From Pelagibacteraceae bacterium AG-390-A23 (GTDB taxonomy: Bacteria; Pseudomonadota; Alphaproteobacteria; Pelagibacterales; Pelagibacteraceae), in contig QCGW01000001.1 of NCBI GenBank assembly GCA_003279775.1, forward strand, positions 34,712 through 98,711: a DNA stretch of 64,000 bases, in the 5' to 3' direction. Under the pieces are notes generated by a model, which was not told the origin of the DNA, made no database searches, and saw nothing but the letters and a program-made list of their open reading frames with translations. Shown in pieces: positions 51,154 through 63,428 of the stretch (its first letter is position 1; each line of letters starts with the position of its first letter). The translations under genes were made by a program, and so were the position numbers.

Positions 51154-54006
51154 ATGATGAAAAAGATAGTTATTAAGGGCGCTAAAGAACATAATTTGAA
51201 GAATGTTACTGTAGAGATTCCTAAAGACAAATTTGTGGTCATAACGGGTCTATCAGGGTCAGGAAAATCATCTTTAGCTTTTGATACAATATACGCAGAG
51301 GGTCAAAGAAGATATGTTGAAAGTTTATCTGCATATGCACGTCAATTTTTAGATAAAATGAAAAAACCAAATGTTGATTTAATTGAAGGATTAAGTCCTG
51401 CTATTGCAATAGAACAAAAAAATACTTCAAAAAACCCAAGATCTACTGTTGCGACTGTAACAGAAATTTATGATTACATGAGGGTATTATACGCTAGAGC
51501 AGGTATCCCCTACTCACCGTTTACAGGTAAACCAATAACCTCTCAAACAATTACACAAATAGTAGATTTAGTAAAAAAATTACCAAAAAAATCAACAATA
51601 TATATTTACGCTCCAGTGGTAAGAGGTCGTAAAGGTGAATATAAAAAAGATATTTTAAGCTACAAAAGAAGAGGATTTAGAAAAATTAAAATTGATAATG
51701 TTTTATATGATATAGAAAAATCACCTAATTTAGATAAAAAACTTAAACATGATATTTCAATCCTAGTTGATAGAATAGTTTTAAATTCAAAACTAGGAAA
51801 TAGATTAGCTGAAAGTATTGAAACAGCTGTAAATTTAGCCAACGGTCTAGTTTTTGTCGAATATGAGGATGAAACACTTCCTCAGAAATTTAGAAAAATT
51901 GAGAAATTAATTTACTCTACAAAGTTTGCTTGTCCTGAAAGTGGTTTTACAATTGAAGAAATTGAACCAAGACTTTTTTCATTTAACAGTCCCTATGGAG
52001 CTTGTGAGGAGTGCGAAGGAATTGGAATGAAATTAAATGTTGATCCAAATTTAGTTGTTCCTGATGAAAGAAAAAGTCTAGCTGATGGAGCAATTGAACC
52101 TTGGTCAAAATCAACTACATTATATTATGCTCAAACTTTAGCATCTTTAGCAAAACATTATGGTTTTTCTTTAGATGAAAAATGGAAAAAATTAACCAAA
52201 AAAATAAAAGATATTATTCTTTATGGTTCGGATGAGGATGAAATTAAATTTAATTATGATGATGGATACGAGAAATATTCTTACAAAAAAACCTTTGAAG
52301 GTGTAATTAATAATCTTGAAAGAAGATTTTTAGAGTCAGATAGTGAATGGAAAAGAGAAGCTATTGCTGAATATCAATCAGATACGGCATGTGAAGCATG
52401 TAATGGCGACAGATTAAAAGAGGAAGCTTTATGTGTTAAAATCAATGAACTTAATATTAGTGAAGTAACAAAAAAATCTATTTTAGATGCTGCAGAATGG
52501 TTTAAAAATTTAGAAAATAATCTTGATAAAAGACAATTTAAAATCGCCGAACATGTTTTAAAAGAAATAAATGAAAGATTAAATTTTCTTCTAAACGTTG
52601 GTTTAGATTATTTAACATTGTCAAGAGAATCTGGAACTTTATCTGGTGGCGAGGCTCAAAGAATAAGATTGGCTTCACAAATTGGATCTGGTTTAACAGG
52701 TGTATTGTATGTTTTGGATGAGCCTTCAATTGGATTACATCAAAAAGATAACGTTAAACTAATTAATGCATTAAAAAGATTGCGAGATCTTGGTAATACA
52801 GTCATTGTTGTTGAGCATGACACGGAAACAATGGAAAATGCAGATCACATTATTGATCTTGGTCCTGAAGCTGGGAGCAATGGTGGTGAGATAACAGCTC
52901 AAGGATCATATGATGAAATTAAAAAAGATAAAAATAGTATTACAGGTCAATATCTTGCGAACAAAAAAACAATTGAAATTCCAAAATCACGACGTTTAGC
53001 CAAAAATGGAAGATTTGTAGAAATCAATGGTGCAAGTGGAAATAATTTAAATAATGTAAATCTTAAAATTCCAACTGGGACATTTACCTGTGTTACCGGT
53101 GTTTCTGGAAGTGGTAAATCTACTTTAATATTACAAACACTATTTCATGCTTTGAATTTAACATTAAACAATAAAGCAAGAAAAGCACCTAAATCTTTTA
53201 AAGGTTATAAAGGGGTTGAATTAATTGATAAAATAATTGATATTGACCAATCTCCTATCGGGAGAACACCTAGATCAAATCCTGCGACATATACAGGAGC
53301 TTTCGGGCCAATTAGAGATTGGTTTACCAGTCTGCCTGAGTCAAAAACAAGAGGATATAAACCAGGAAGATTTTCTTTTAATGTTAAAGGAGGTAGATGT
53401 GAAGCTTGTGAAGGTGATGGTGTAATTACATATGAAATGCATTTTTTACCTGATGTTTATATACAATGTGATGAATGCAAAGGAACAAGGTATAATAGAG
53501 AGACTTTAGAAATTAAATTTAAAGGTAAAAGTATCGCAGATGTTCTAGATATGTCTGTTGATGAGGGGTGTGAGTATTTTGAAAATATATCTAATATAAA
53601 AACAAAATTGTTAACTCTTAAAAAAGTTGGATTAGGTTATATAAAAATTGGCCAGCAAGCAACTACACTCTCAGGAGGTGAAGCACAACGTATTAAACTT
53701 GCAAAAGAACTTTCAAAAAGATCAACAGGAAGAACGATGTATATTTTAGATGAACCAACCACAGGTTTACATCAACATGATATTAAAAAGCTTTTAGAGA
53801 TACTTCATACATTTGTAAAACTTGGGAATACAGTAGTTGTAATTGAGCACAATTTAGATGTAATAAAAACAGCTGACTATATTGTGGATATGGGTCCTGA
53901 AGGTGGTGTAAAGGGTGGTAATATTGTCGCCGAAGGAAAACCTGAAGAAGTATGCAAAGTAAAAGATAGTTATACAGGTCAATTTTTAAAACCTCTTTTA
54001 GCCTAG
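51154..54006 (+). CDS. uvrA: Excinuclease ABC subunit A
   Basis: Two ABC cassettes ([24 protein letters not shown]) and Zn fingers. Confidence 0.98.
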   Translation: MMKKIVIKGAKEHNLKNVTVEIPKDKFVVITGLSGSGKSSLAFDTIYAEGQRRYVESLSAYARQFLDKMKKPNVDLIEGLSPAIAIEQKNTSKNPRSTVATVTEIYDYMRVLYARAGIPYSPFTGKPITSQTITQIVDLVKKLPKKSTIYIYAPVVRGRKGEYKKDILSYKRRGFRKIKIDNVLYDIEKSPNLDKKLKHDISILVDRIVLNSKLGNRLAESIETAVNLANGLVFVEYEDETLPQKFRKIEKLIYSTKFACPESGFTIEEIEPRLFSFNSPYGACEECEGIGMKLNVDPNLVVPDERKSLADGAIEPWSKSTTLYYAQTLASLAKHYGFSLDEKWKKLTKKIKDIILYGSDEDEIKFNYDDGYEKYSYKKTFEGVINNLERRFLESDSEWKREAIAEYQSDTACEACNGDRLKEEALCVKINELNISEVTKKSILDAAEWFKNLENNLDKRQFKIAEHVLKEINERLNFLLNVGLDYLTLSRESGTLSGGEAQRIRLASQIGSGLTGVLYVLDEPSIGLHQKDNVKLINALKRLRDLGNTVIVVEHDTETMENADHIIDLGPEAGSNGGEITAQGSYDEIKKDKNSITGQYLANKKTIEIPKSRRLAKNGRFVEINGASGNNLNNVNLKIPTGTFTCVTGVSGSGKSTLILQTLFHALNLTLNNKARKAPKSFKGYKGVELIDKIIDIDQSPIGRTPRSNPATYTGAFGPIRDWFTSLPESKTRGYKPGRFSFNVKGGRCEACEGDGVITYEMHFLPDVYIQCDECKGTRYNRETLEIKFKGKSIADVLDMSVDEGCEYFENISNIKTKLLTLKKVGLGYIKIGQQATTLSGGEAQRIKLAKELSKRSTGRTMYILDEPTTGLHQHDIKKLLEILHTFVKLGNTVVVIEHNLDVIKTADYIVDMGPEGGVKGGNIVAEGKPEEVCKVKDSYTGQFLKPLLA

Positions 54007-54055
54007 ATTAAAGAACTTAAATTTTTTTTAAAATTAGTGTATAGTTAAAAGAATC

Positions 54056-54658
54056 ATGAGTAATTTGCTGTCTTCATTATCAAAAACTGTTCACACATCA
54101 TTAGCTATAGCAATATTGTTGTTTCTAGGATTGTTTTATTTAAATGGTGGTATAGCTTTTGATACATTATTCTGGAGCTGGTTATTTAGATACATACATG
54201 TGATTGTTGCAATTATGTGGATTGGATTATTGTGGTATTTCAATTTTGTTCAAATTCCAAACATGGGAAAAATTCCAGATGAACAAAAACCAGCCATTGG
54301 CAAAGTAATTGCTCCTGCTGCATTATTTTATTTTAGATGGGCTGCAGCAATAACTGTTCTTTCAGGTTTAATTCTTGCTTATCTTAATGGATATCTTCAT
54401 GATGCAATGACTTTAAGTATAGGTTCGGGTGTACCTAAACATACAGCTATAGGTATTGGAATGTGGCTAGGAATTATAATGGCATTTAACGTATGGTTTG
54501 TTATTTGGCCAAATCAAAAAAGAGCTTTAGGAATGGTTGAAACTGATCCAGAGACTAAGGCAAAGTCAGCTAAAACTGCAATGCTCTTCTCAAGAACAAA
54601 TACCCTATTATCACTACCAATGTTGCTAACAATGGTAATAGCTCAAAACTTATATTAA
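54056..54658 (+). CDS. Urate hydroxylase PuuD-like membrane protein (N-terminal domain only)
   Basis: RYIHVIVAIMWIG, FRWAAA.T, NVWFVIWPNQK, SRTN..LSLPM. Confidence 0.75.
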   Translation: MSNLLSSLSKTVHTSLAIAILLFLGLFYLNGGIAFDTLFWSWLFRYIHVIVAIMWIGLLWYFNFVQIPNMGKIPDEQKPAIGKVIAPAALFYFRWAAAITVLSGLILAYLNGYLHDAMTLSIGSGVPKHTAIGIGMWLGIIMAFNVWFVIWPNQKRALGMVETDPETKAKSAKTAMLFSRTNTLLSLPMLLTMVIAQNLY

Positions 54659-54662
54659 AAAA

Positions 54663-56624
54663 TTAATATTGTAACTCCTTAATATCTTTAAACTGATTTA
54701 AACTTTCTGGATTAGCCAAAGCTTCTTTGTTTTTTATTAAATTTCCCTCAATTATATTTTTGACAGCTAATTCAACAATTTTACCACTTTTAGTTCTTGG
54801 TATATCGTTTATTTGAATTATTTTTCTTGGCACATGTCTAGGTGATGCATGTTTTTTAATTTGTAATTTTATTTTTTTTAATAAGCTATCATTAAGTTGA
54901 TACTTTGAATTTAAAATTACAAATAAAATTATACGAACATCGTTATCCCAAGATTGTCCAACAACTAAAGACTCCTTAATTTCTTTAAACCGCTCTACCT
55001 CAGAGTAAATTTCAGCAGTACCAAGCCTTACTCCGCCAGGATTTAAAGTAGTATCAGATCTTCCTGATATTATTATTCCATTATTATTTGTTATTTGAGC
55101 ATAATCACCATGGTGCCATATATTTCTATATCTATTAAAATAAGCTTTTTTAAATTTTGTATCTTTATGATCATTCCAAAATTTTGAAGGCATTGATGGA
55201 AAAGGATTGACACAAACCAATTCACCTTTTTGATTTAAAATTGACTTTCCTTTTTCATTAAATACTCGTACATCCATACCTAAACCTTTGCTTTGTATTT
55301 CTCCTGCATGTACAGATTGGTATAAATTTCCCAAAACAAAACAAGAGACAATATCTGTACCTCCAGAAATAGATGCTAAATGAACATTTTTTTTAATATT
55401 ATTGTATACAAATTTAAAACAATCTGCTGATAATGGAGATCCAGTAGAACAAAGAGTTCTAAGTTTTTTTAACTCGTAAACTTTCTTAAAATTTTTTCTT
55501 GTTTTTCTTAATGCATCAACATATTTGGCACTAACTCCAAATAAGGTTATATTTTCTTTATTGGCTATTTTTAAAAGGAGATCATCACGTTTATACATTG
55601 GGAAACCATCGAACAATACGATTGATGCTTTTGAGGCTAGAACTGAAATTAGCCAATTCCACATCATCCATCCACATGTTGTAAAATAAAAAACATTGTC
55701 ATTTTCTTTAATGTCACAATGCAATTGATGTTCTTTTAAATGCTGAACTAATACACCACCATTCTTATGACAAATACACTTAGGTTTACCTGTGGTACCA
55801 CTAGAATAAAGAATTGCTAAATCATGTTCAAAATCAAATTTAAGAAATTTAAATTTTGAAACACTTTCCTTAACAATATTACTCCAATAATGTGTTTTGA
55901 TATTTCTATATTTTGGAAGTTTTTTTAAATTTAGCTGACCAGGGTAAATAGATATAATTACATGTTTTATAGAAGGAATTTTTTTTAATATTTCTGGAAT
56001 TCTTTCTAAAATATTAATTTTTTTTCCATTATAAAAATATTGATTAGTAACAATTAAAATTTTGGGTTTAATTTGAGAAAATCTCTCTATAACACCATTA
56101 ATTCCAAAATCAGGTGAACAAGATGACCATATAGCTCCAATAGCAACAGTACCTAAAAAAGCCTCTACAGTTTCAGGTATGTTAGGCATATAAGCTGCAA
56201 TTCGGTCGTCTGATTTGATATTTAATTTTTTAAAATTATTTGAAATATTTTTTACATTTTTATTTAATTCACTCCAATTTCGTATTTCACGATAACCATT
56301 TTCACTTATAAAAGTAATTGCTTTCTCTTTTGTATTTTTTGAAAGTAAATTTTCACAAAAATTCAATCTTGAATTCGGTAAAAAAGTATTTTTATAAAAT
56401 TTTTTTGATTTTTTTACTTTAGTGTTGCTTTTAATACCTTTAACTTTTGAGAAATCCCACATACTACTCCAAAAATCACCTTGATTTTTAACTGACCAAT
56501 CATGAATTTTTTTGAAATTTTCATTAAAATTTTTATTAAATCTTTTAGATATAAATTTTTCAAATTTAAATAAATTTGAATTTTTTTTTGTTTTACTAGA
56601 TGGTTTCCAAAGTCTTATATTCAT
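54663..56624 (-). CDS. Acetoacetate-CoA ligase
   Basis: SSGTTGKPK, GWMMWNW, SISGGTD, GRSD..LNPGGVR. Confidence 0.92.
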   Translation of the reverse strand: MNIRLWKPSSKTKKNSNLFKFEKFISKRFNKNFNENFKKIHDWSVKNQGDFWSSMWDFSKVKGIKSNTKVKKSKKFYKNTFLPNSRLNFCENLLSKNTKEKAITFISENGYREIRNWSELNKNVKNISNNFKKLNIKSDDRIAAYMPNIPETVEAFLGTVAIGAIWSSCSPDFGINGVIERFSQIKPKILIVTNQYFYNGKKINILERIPEILKKIPSIKHVIISIYPGQLNLKKLPKYRNIKTHYWSNIVKESVSKFKFLKFDFEHDLAILYSSGTTGKPKCICHKNGGVLVQHLKEHQLHCDIKENDNVFYFTTCGWMMWNWLISVLASKASIVLFDGFPMYKRDDLLLKIANKENITLFGVSAKYVDALRKTRKNFKKVYELKKLRTLCSTGSPLSADCFKFVYNNIKKNVHLASISGGTDIVSCFVLGNLYQSVHAGEIQSKGLGMDVRVFNEKGKSILNQKGELVCVNPFPSMPSKFWNDHKDTKFKKAYFNRYRNIWHHGDYAQITNNNGIIISGRSDTTLNPGGVRLGTAEIYSEVERFKEIKESLVVGQSWDNDVRIILFVILNSKYQLNDSLLKKIKLQIKKHASPRHVPRKIIQINDIPRTKSGKIVELAVKNIIEGNLIKNKEALANPESLNQFKDIKELQY

Positions 56625-56678
56625 AAAATAATTATAATACTTTGAAATAATATAACGAAATTTTAAAAATTTTAATGA

Positions 56679-57578
56679 TTAATTCAATTTATTTTGATCG
56701 TCTTCTCTCAAAACTGTTTTTTGAGAAACTCTTAGTCTCACTAAAACAGTGTTAGCTATATAAATAGAAGAATAAGTTCCGAAAACAACACCTAAAATCA
56801 TAGCAAGTGAAAATCCTTTAAGTATCTCTCCACCAAAAAAATATATAGCTAATAAAGCTAGCAAAGTAGTTGCAGATGTTATGATTGTTCTTGATAAAGT
56901 TTCATTAATTGAAATATTTGTTAATTCAAAAATTTTAATATCTGAATATTTTCTTAAATTTTCTCTTACACGATCGAAAATGACCACTGTATCATTCATA
57001 GAGTATCCTACTATTGTTAATACAGCTGCTATAATTGATAAGTTTATTTCTAAACTAAATAGTGAAAAAACTCCCAGTGTTACAATTACATCATGAAATA
57101 AAGCTAGAATTGCGCCTAGGCTAAATTGCCATTCAAATCTAATCCAAATGTAAATCAGCATTAATGCTAATGACAAAGATATTGCTATTACCCCTGATTT
57201 TAATAATTCAGCACTAACTTTTGGACCAACATTTTCAACTCTTCTAAAATCATAATTGTTTCCAAAAGATTTATCTAAGTTAGCTTTAATTTCTTCAATA
57301 ATGTTCTTCTTATTGTCTTTATTTTCAAATTTCACTAAAAAATCAGTATCATTACCAAATTTCTTTACTGAAACATCTCCTAAGTTCATTTGATTAAATC
57401 TATCTCGTAATGAACTAACATTTATTTTTGAGTCTGAGGCTCTTAATTCAATTAATGTGCCACCTTTGAAGTCTATACCAAAATTAAGTCCTTTAAATAT
57501 TAACAATAACAAAGAAACAACAATCAAAACTGATGATAGTAAATTAAAGTGATTATAATATTTATTAAAAGCAATCAT
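56679..57578 (-). CDS. secF: Protein translocase subunit SecF
   Basis: GIDFKGG, VGP, GYSMNDTVV.FDRVRE. Confidence 0.96.
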   Translation of the reverse strand: MIAFNKYYNHFNLLSSVLIVVSLLLLIFKGLNFGIDFKGGTLIELRASDSKINVSSLRDRFNQMNLGDVSVKKFGNDTDFLVKFENKDNKKNIIEEIKANLDKSFGNNYDFRRVENVGPKVSAELLKSGVIAISLSLALMLIYIWIRFEWQFSLGAILALFHDVIVTLGVFSLFSLEINLSIIAAVLTIVGYSMNDTVVIFDRVRENLRKYSDIKIFELTNISINETLSRTIITSATTLLALLAIYFFGGEILKGFSLAMILGVVFGTYSSIYIANTVLVRLRVSQKTVLREDDQNKLN

Positions 57579-59131
57579 TAAATTAATTTTTCCTTATTTT
57601 TATTTCTTGATACATAAATACTAGTGAATAATCTTGCTATAAAATAAACTGAAAATAATGTTGTAAATATTCCAACTCCTAATGTTACAGCAAAACCTTT
57701 GACTGGACCTGAACCCATGAAAAATAAAATAATTGCTGCTAATAATGTAGTAATATTAGCATCTAAAATTGCTGATCTTGATTTGGTATAACCACCATCA
57801 AAAGCCAAAATATTATTAGTCTCGTCTTTTAATTCTTCTTTAATTCTCTCAAAAATTAAAACATTTGCATCAACTGCCATACCTACAGTCAGAATAATCC
57901 CTGCTATACCAGGCAATGTTAAAGTAGCTTCGAATAAAGTTAAAACACCTAAAAGTATTAATAAATTAACTATGAGAGTCACATTAGTAATCAATCCAAA
58001 AATTTTATATTTAACGAACATAAAAATTATAACCAACATAAAACCTATTGCTAAAGCGATCATTCCTGCATTAATTGAATCTTGTCCAAGATCTGGGCCT
58101 ACTGTTCTTTCTTCAATAATTTCTAATGGGGCTGGTAATGCTCCTGATCTTAACAACAAAGCTAAATCAGTTGCTGTTTGAAAAGTGAAACCACCACTTA
58201 TCTGACCAGATCCACTAGCAATCGTATCTCTAACTACGGGCGCACTTATAATTTTACCATCTAAAACAATTGCCAGTTGCTTACCAATACCAGTTGATGT
58301 TGCTTTACCAAATCTCTTTGCACCTACTCTATCTAATGAAAATGAAACAATTGTTTGGTTAGTTTGAGAGTCCATTTTTGGTTGAGCATCAAGTAAATTT
58401 TCACCACTTATTATAATTCTTTTACTAACTGTGGCTTCTTCTAAACCATTTTCAAATTTTAACTTTTCAACACCAAAACGATCATTTTCGTCTTTTGTTA
58501 CAAATCGAAAAGTGAGGTTTGCAGTTTTACCAAGTAATGATTTAATTCTCATTGGATCATCTAATCCAGGAAGCTCAACTAAAATTCTGTTATTTCCTCT
58601 TTTAAGTATGTTAGGCTCATTAGTCCCAACTTCATCTACTCTTCTTCTAACTATTTCTATAGCTTGATCTTGAGATGAAGTTTTAAGTTTTATTAAACCC
58701 TGTCTTGAAAAATTAACTTTAAAATTTAACCCTGTATCTTCAATTTCTAACTGATGTGATTTAAATCTTGGGTAATAAGGATTAAAATCACTATTTTCGT
58801 CTTGAAAAACATCTAAGACAGATTGCTTATCATTATCTATTACATTAAAAAAAATATTTTGGTTTTCTATCTTTATATTATTGATCTTAATATTTTTTTC
58901 TTTGAAGTAATTTCTGATTGTTGTTGTTAGGTTTTGTAGTTTTTGTTCAATTACAGGTTCATTATCAATTTCAAGTAATAGATATGATCCACCCTGAAGG
59001 TCTAATCCTAGATTAATTTTTTTATCAAAAAAATTATCATCAAATTTAAAAAGATTTGATGAAGCAATTAAAATAAATAAAACTGAAAAAAGAGTTATAA
59101 ATAAAATTCTTAACTTAGAGAAATAAAGCAC
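57578..59131 (-). CDS. secD: Protein translocase subunit SecD
   Basis: LGLDLQGG, GMAVDANVLIFERI; GTG start. Confidence 0.96.
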   Translation of the reverse strand: MLYFSKLRILFITLFSVLFILIASSNLFKFDDNFFDKKINLGLDLQGGSYLLLEIDNEPVIEQKLQNLTTTIRNYFKEKNIKINNIKIENQNIFFNVIDNDKQSVLDVFQDENSDFNPYYPRFKSHQLEIEDTGLNFKVNFSRQGLIKLKTSSQDQAIEIVRRRVDEVGTNEPNILKRGNNRILVELPGLDDPMRIKSLLGKTANLTFRFVTKDENDRFGVEKLKFENGLEEATVSKRIIISGENLLDAQPKMDSQTNQTIVSFSLDRVGAKRFGKATSTGIGKQLAIVLDGKIISAPVVRDTIASGSGQISGGFTFQTATDLALLLRSGALPAPLEIIEERTVGPDLGQDSINAGMIALAIGFMLVIIFMFVKYKIFGLITNVTLIVNLLILLGVLTLFEATLTLPGIAGIILTVGMAVDANVLIFERIKEELKDETNNILAFDGGYTKSRSAILDANITTLLAAIILFFMGSGPVKGFAVTLGVGIFTTLFSVYFIARLFTSIYVSRNKNKEKLI

Positions 59132-59145
59132 TTAACTAAAAATAA

Positions 59146-59439
59146 TTATTTTTTAACTTCTTGAGTATTTGTATTAACAAGACTTTGAATACCAGTTGAT
59201 TTAACTATCTCAACTTTTACGTTTTCAGCAATTTCAACTTCAACTTTATCATTGTCTATAAGTCTCTCTACTGTACCTGTAATTCCGCCAGAAGTAACAA
59301 CCTTGTCACCTCTTTTAAGACTTTCAACCATTGCTTTGTGCTCTTTAACTTTTTTTTGCTGTGGTCTGATTAAGAAAAAATAAAAAATAACAAATATTAA
59401 AATTAACGGTATAAATTGTCCTATTCCTGAGCCTTCCAT
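59146..59439 (-). CDS. yajC: Preprotein translocase subunit YajC
   Basis: FYFFLIRPQQK, GDKVVT.GGI.G. Confidence 0.95.
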   Translation of the reverse strand: MEGSGIGQFIPLILIFVIFYFFLIRPQQKKVKEHKAMVESLKRGDKVVTSGGITGTVERLIDNDKVEVEIAENVKVEIVKSTGIQSLVNTNTQEVKK

Positions 59440-59494
59440 AAATCTCCTTATAAATTATGTGAATACTTATACTATCTAAGTAATTAAAACAACT

Positions 59495-60754
59495 TTATTT
59501 AGCTGAAATCAATTCTAAATTATTCATATACGGTCGCAGTACCTTAGGAACAATAATCGAACCATCTTTTTGTTGATAGTTTTCTAGTACAGCAATTAAA
59601 GTTCTACCCACAGCTAAACCACTTCCATTTAATGTTCCAACAAAAACAGTTTCCTTATTTTTATTTTTATATCTTGATTTCATTCTTTGTGCCTGAAATG
59701 TTGAACAAGAAGAGCATGATGATATTTCACGATACTTGTTTTCTGATGGTAACCACACTTCAATATCATAAGTTTTTTCTGCACTAAAACCCATATCACC
59801 TGAACATAAAATTACTTTTCTATAAGGTAACTCTAGCTTATCAAGAATATCTGTTGCGCAGTTTGTCATTCGCTCTAATTCTTCTAGGCAATTTTCTTTT
59901 TCTACAATACTAACCATCTCAACCTTATAAAATTGATGTTGTCTAATCATTCCCTTGGTGTCTTTTCCATAACTGCCAGCTTCTTTTCTAAAACATGGGG
60001 TTGAGGCAACAAATCTCATTGGTAAATCTTTTTGGTCTACAATTTTATCTTTAACAATGTTTGTTAAAATTACTTCAGCTGTTGGAATTAAAAATTTTCT
60101 ATCAGATCCTTCATCAAATTTTATTTCAAATTGATCATTTTCAAATTTTGGTAATTGGCCTGTTCCATACATTGTATTGTCAGAGGCAATCAATGGAGGT
60201 GAAATCTCTTGGTAGCCATTTTGAACAATATGAGTATCTAGCATAAAGTTAGATAAAGCTCGTTCTAGTAATGCTAACTCTTTTTTAACAAATACAAATC
60301 TTGATCCAGTTGTTTTAGTTGCAAGATCAAAATCAAGCATACCTAAATTTTCTCCAAGTTCGTAGTGAGATTTGGGTTTAAAATCAAATTCAGGAACTTT
60401 ACCTGCTTTTAAAACTTCAACATTGTCATTTTCATCTTTTCCATTTGGAACATCCTGATGAGGTATGTTTGGTATACTTGATAAAATGTTATCTAATTCA
60501 GTTTTAGTATTTTTTTGTTGCTCAGAGATCTTTTCTAATTCAGTAGAAATTTCTTTAGATTTTTTGAATAAACTTTCATCTTTAGATTTTGAAATATCTT
60601 TTTTTTCTTTTTCTAAATTTTCTTTCTTTTGAATTAAATCTCTATTTAATTCATCAAGCTTTCTTAAATTATTAAAATCAATTTTAACTGAACGCTTTTC
60701 AAGATCTTTTTCAAATTTTGAATAGTCTTTTCTAATTTCTTTTAAATTATGCAT
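59495..60754 (-). CDS. serS: Serine-tRNA ligase
   Basis: [27 protein letters not shown]. Confidence 0.97.
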   Translation of the reverse strand: MHNLKEIRKDYSKFEKDLEKRSVKIDFNNLRKLDELNRDLIQKKENLEKEKKDISKSKDESLFKKSKEISTELEKISEQQKNTKTELDNILSSIPNIPHQDVPNGKDENDNVEVLKAGKVPEFDFKPKSHYELGENLGMLDFDLATKTTGSRFVFVKKELALLERALSNFMLDTHIVQNGYQEISPPLIASDNTMYGTGQLPKFENDQFEIKFDEGSDRKFLIPTAEVILTNIVKDKIVDQKDLPMRFVASTPCFRKEAGSYGKDTKGMIRQHQFYKVEMVSIVEKENCLEELERMTNCATDILDKLELPYRKVILCSGDMGFSAEKTYDIEVWLPSENKYREISSCSSCSTFQAQRMKSRYKNKNKETVFVGTLNGSGLAVGRTLIAVLENYQQKDGSIIVPKVLRPYMNNLELISAK

Positions 60755-61517
60755 CAGTCTTTTCTAAATTTTTGTTTTCTATAAATTTTACTGAAAATAT
60801 TGATAATTCATATAAAATTAATAAAGGAATTGCTAAACCTATTTGAGTAATTGGATCTGGAGGTGTAAGCAATGCGGCAGCAGCAAATATAATTACTACA
60901 ACATACTTTCTTCTTTCTTTTAGAAATTGACTATCAACAATACCTATTCTTGCTAACAAACTTAAGACTATAGGTAGTTGGAAACTTATTCCAAATGCGA
61001 AAATTAACTTCATAACAAGTGACAAGTATTCATTTACTTTGGCTTCTAATTGAATTGGTAAACTTGTAGACATCCCTGTACTTTCAAATGATAAAAAGAA
61101 TTTAATAGCTAGAGGCATTATCAAATAGTAAACAAGCATACCTCCCAAAAAGAAAAGGATTGGTGTTAAGATAAGGTATGGAAGTATAGCAACTTTTTCA
61201 TGTTTATATAAACCTGGGGCAATAAATTTCCATATTTGCATTAGAATAAATGGACAGGTCACGAAAAAAGCTGTGAAAAAAGATACCTTGATATACGTTA
61301 AAAAAGTTTCCTGTAAGGCGGTAAAAATAAGCCTTCTATCAGATCCATCATCTTTTACCGCTTGAGCAAAAGGATCAACTAAAAAGCCGTAGATATGTTC
61401 TGCAAAGATATAACAAATAACAAAAAAGATTATTAGAAATATAAAACTATGTATTAATCTTTTTCTTAGTTCTGTTAGATGGCTAACAAATCCACCTTCA
61501 TTTTCTTCATTGCTCAT
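60747..61517 (-). CDS. tatC: Twin-arginine translocase TatC
   Basis: [22 protein letters not shown]. Confidence 0.96.
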   Translation of the reverse strand: MSNEENEGGFVSHLTELRKRLIHSFIFLIIFFVICYIFAEHIYGFLVDPFAQAVKDDGSDRRLIFTALQETFLTYIKVSFFTAFFVTCPFILMQIWKFIAPGLYKHEKVAILPYLILTPILFFLGGMLVYYLIMPLAIKFFLSFESTGMSTSLPIQLEAKVNEYLSLVMKLIFAFGISFQLPIVLSLLARIGIVDSQFLKERRKYVVVIIFAAAALLTPPDPITQIGLAIPLLILYELSIFSVKFIENKNLEKTDA

Positions 61518-61728
61518 CTTTTTTAGTTTCTTTTTTTATTTCATTATCAATTTTTTCTTCATCAATTTCTAAATTAGAAACCTCATTTTGAATGTTGCTC
61601 ACATATCTTTTTGCAGTCCCTATCCAAGAACCAGCTTTCTTTAACATGATTGGAAAATCTTTAGGACCAAGAACAACAATTGCAATACCAACAACAATTA
61701 ATATCTCAAACCAACCAATAGTAGGCAT
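61507..61728 (-). CDS. tatB: Twin-arginine translocase TatB (short)
   Basis: IGWFEIL..LGPKDFP. Confidence 0.88.
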   Translation of the reverse strand: MPTIGWFEILIVVGIAIVVLGPKDFPIMLKKAGSWIGTAKRYVSNIQNEVSNLEIDEEKIDNEIKKETKKDEQ

Positions 61729-61733
61729 GTGAT

Positions 61734-61934
61734 TTAATCTTTATTTTCTGAGTCTTTATTTTCGTCGGATATATTTTTTGGCTCTGTATCGTCAGTAACA
61801 TCTGACGCCATTCCTTTTTTGAAACTTTTAATTCCCTTAGCTACATCACCCATTAGACTAGAGATTTTACCTCGTCCAAATAATAAGACTACTAATATAA
61901 CTACGATTGCTATTTGCCAAATTCCTATGCTCAT
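61734..61934 (-). CDS. tatA: Twin-arginine translocase TatA
   Basis: [21 protein letters not shown]. Confidence 0.93.
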   Translation of the reverse strand: MSIGIWQIAIVVILVVLLFGRGKISSLMGDVAKGIKSFKKGMASDVTDDTEPKNISDENKDSENKD

Positions 61935-61981
61935 GAAAAACTTATAACCTTTTTATGGTTAATTTAAAAGTTACTTTTTTG

Positions 61982-62683
61982 TTAATCTTTCTCTTCTGTA
62001 TCAAGAGTGCTATTTAACATCTCGTCAATATTAGAATAAATATCCTCTTTTTTTTCTTCTTGTTTTTCTTTGTAGAATTTTCCAGTTCCAAAAATTGCAT
62101 TATCGACACTAGAACTGTCAATTAATCCAGCAGCACCTAATTCATCAATTGTTGGTAAATCAGATAATTTTTGAAGATTGAAATGACTTAAAAATTCATC
62201 AGTTGTAACATACTGAATTGGTCTACCTGGTACATCTTTACGTCCACCTGGTTTCACCCAGTTGAGTTCCATCAATATTTCAAGAGTATTCGTTCCAAAT
62301 GCAACACCTCTTATCTCCTCAATCTCTGCTCTAGTAACAGGTTGGTGATAAACTATTATTGCTAAAGTCTCCACAGCAGCTCTAGAAAGTTTCTTTTCTA
62401 CTGTCTTCTCTTGTGACATAATATTAGATAAGTTAGGTGAAGTTCTAAACGACCACTTATCTTTAATACAAATTAAATTAATACCACGTTGAGAGTATTC
62501 TTGTTGTAACTTCTCTAATGATTTTGCAACACTACCCTTTTTAGTAATTTTGCTTTCAATTGTATCAATATCTAATGGTTCTGCAGCAGCAAAAATAACT
62601 GCTTCAATTTCTTTTTCTAAATCAGTTAACTTAGATGGAAATTTTACAATATTATCTTTTGTAATCTTTTCTTTTTTAATCAT
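61982..62683 (-). CDS. scpB: SMC-Scp complex subunit ScpB
   Basis: LSRAAVETLAII.Y.QPVTRAEIE.IRG, PGRP. Confidence 0.95.
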   Translation of the reverse strand: MIKKEKITKDNIVKFPSKLTDLEKEIEAVIFAAAEPLDIDTIESKITKKGSVAKSLEKLQQEYSQRGINLICIKDKWSFRTSPNLSNIMSQEKTVEKKLSRAAVETLAIIVYHQPVTRAEIEEIRGVAFGTNTLEILMELNWVKPGGRKDVPGRPIQYVTTDEFLSHFNLQKLSDLPTIDELGAAGLIDSSSVDNAIFGTGKFYKEKQEEKKEDIYSNIDEMLNSTLDTEEKD

Positions 62684-63419
62684 TATTTTCCTTCACATAA
62701 ATATCATCAAATAACTTATCTTGTTTCATAGTTAAATTTCCTTCTTTAACTAATTCTAACGATCCAGCAAATATCCCTGCTTTACCCGTACGTTTATATT
62801 TTGAATTACTTTTAAAATTTTGAGGAATTAAATCATCTAATTTCTTCCAATCAATTAATTTACCAAAAAATTCTCTAATTGTTTTAATTCCATCTTCTGT
62901 AGTAAATACAGGTAATTTAGGAATATTCATTTTTTGAAAGTCCTTGGTCATAATAATTGTTGAATACGACTTGAGAAGCTCAAATAAACTTAAATTATAT
63001 TCTGTGCTATAAATAGATCTTATATTTCCTTTCATTCCTCTTGATCGAATTTCTCTTCCTAATCTTTTTCTTTTTAACATTTGTTCAGAAAGCAATCTTA
63101 TCAATTCTAGTTTTTTAAGTTGTAATTTTAATTTTTCAGCAACTTCTTGAACTTTAAATTCTTCTTCTGGTGTTCCTGGAAGTAATAATTTAGATTTTAA
63201 ATAAGCTAACCAAGTTGCCATCAATAAATATTCTGACGCAATTTCTAAATTTAAATCTTTTTCTTTTGTAATATAATCGTGAAACTGATCTGCTAATTTT
63301 GTAATTGATATCTCTTCAAGATCTACCTTTTGAGCTTTGGCTAAATCTAAAAGGACGTCTAGAGGGCCATTATAATTATTAATATCAACATTAAATAATG
63401 CAGAATCAGAAATAGTCAT
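62676..63419 (-). CDS. scpA: SMC-Scp complex subunit ScpA
   Basis: GPLDVLL, EYLLMA.WL..LKSKLLLP, LELVKEG. Confidence 0.95.
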   Translation of the reverse strand: MTISDSALFNVDINNYNGPLDVLLDLAKAQKVDLEEISITKLADQFHDYITKEKDLNLEIASEYLLMATWLAYLKSKLLLPGTPEEEFKVQEVAEKLKLQLKKLELIRLLSEQMLKRKRLGREIRSRGMKGNIRSIYSTEYNLSLFELLKSYSTIIMTKDFQKMNIPKLPVFTTEDGIKTIREFFGKLIDWKKLDDLIPQNFKSNSKYKRTGKAGIFAGSLELVKEGNLTMKQDKLFDDIYVKENND

Positions 63420-63428
63420 GCTCAGATA

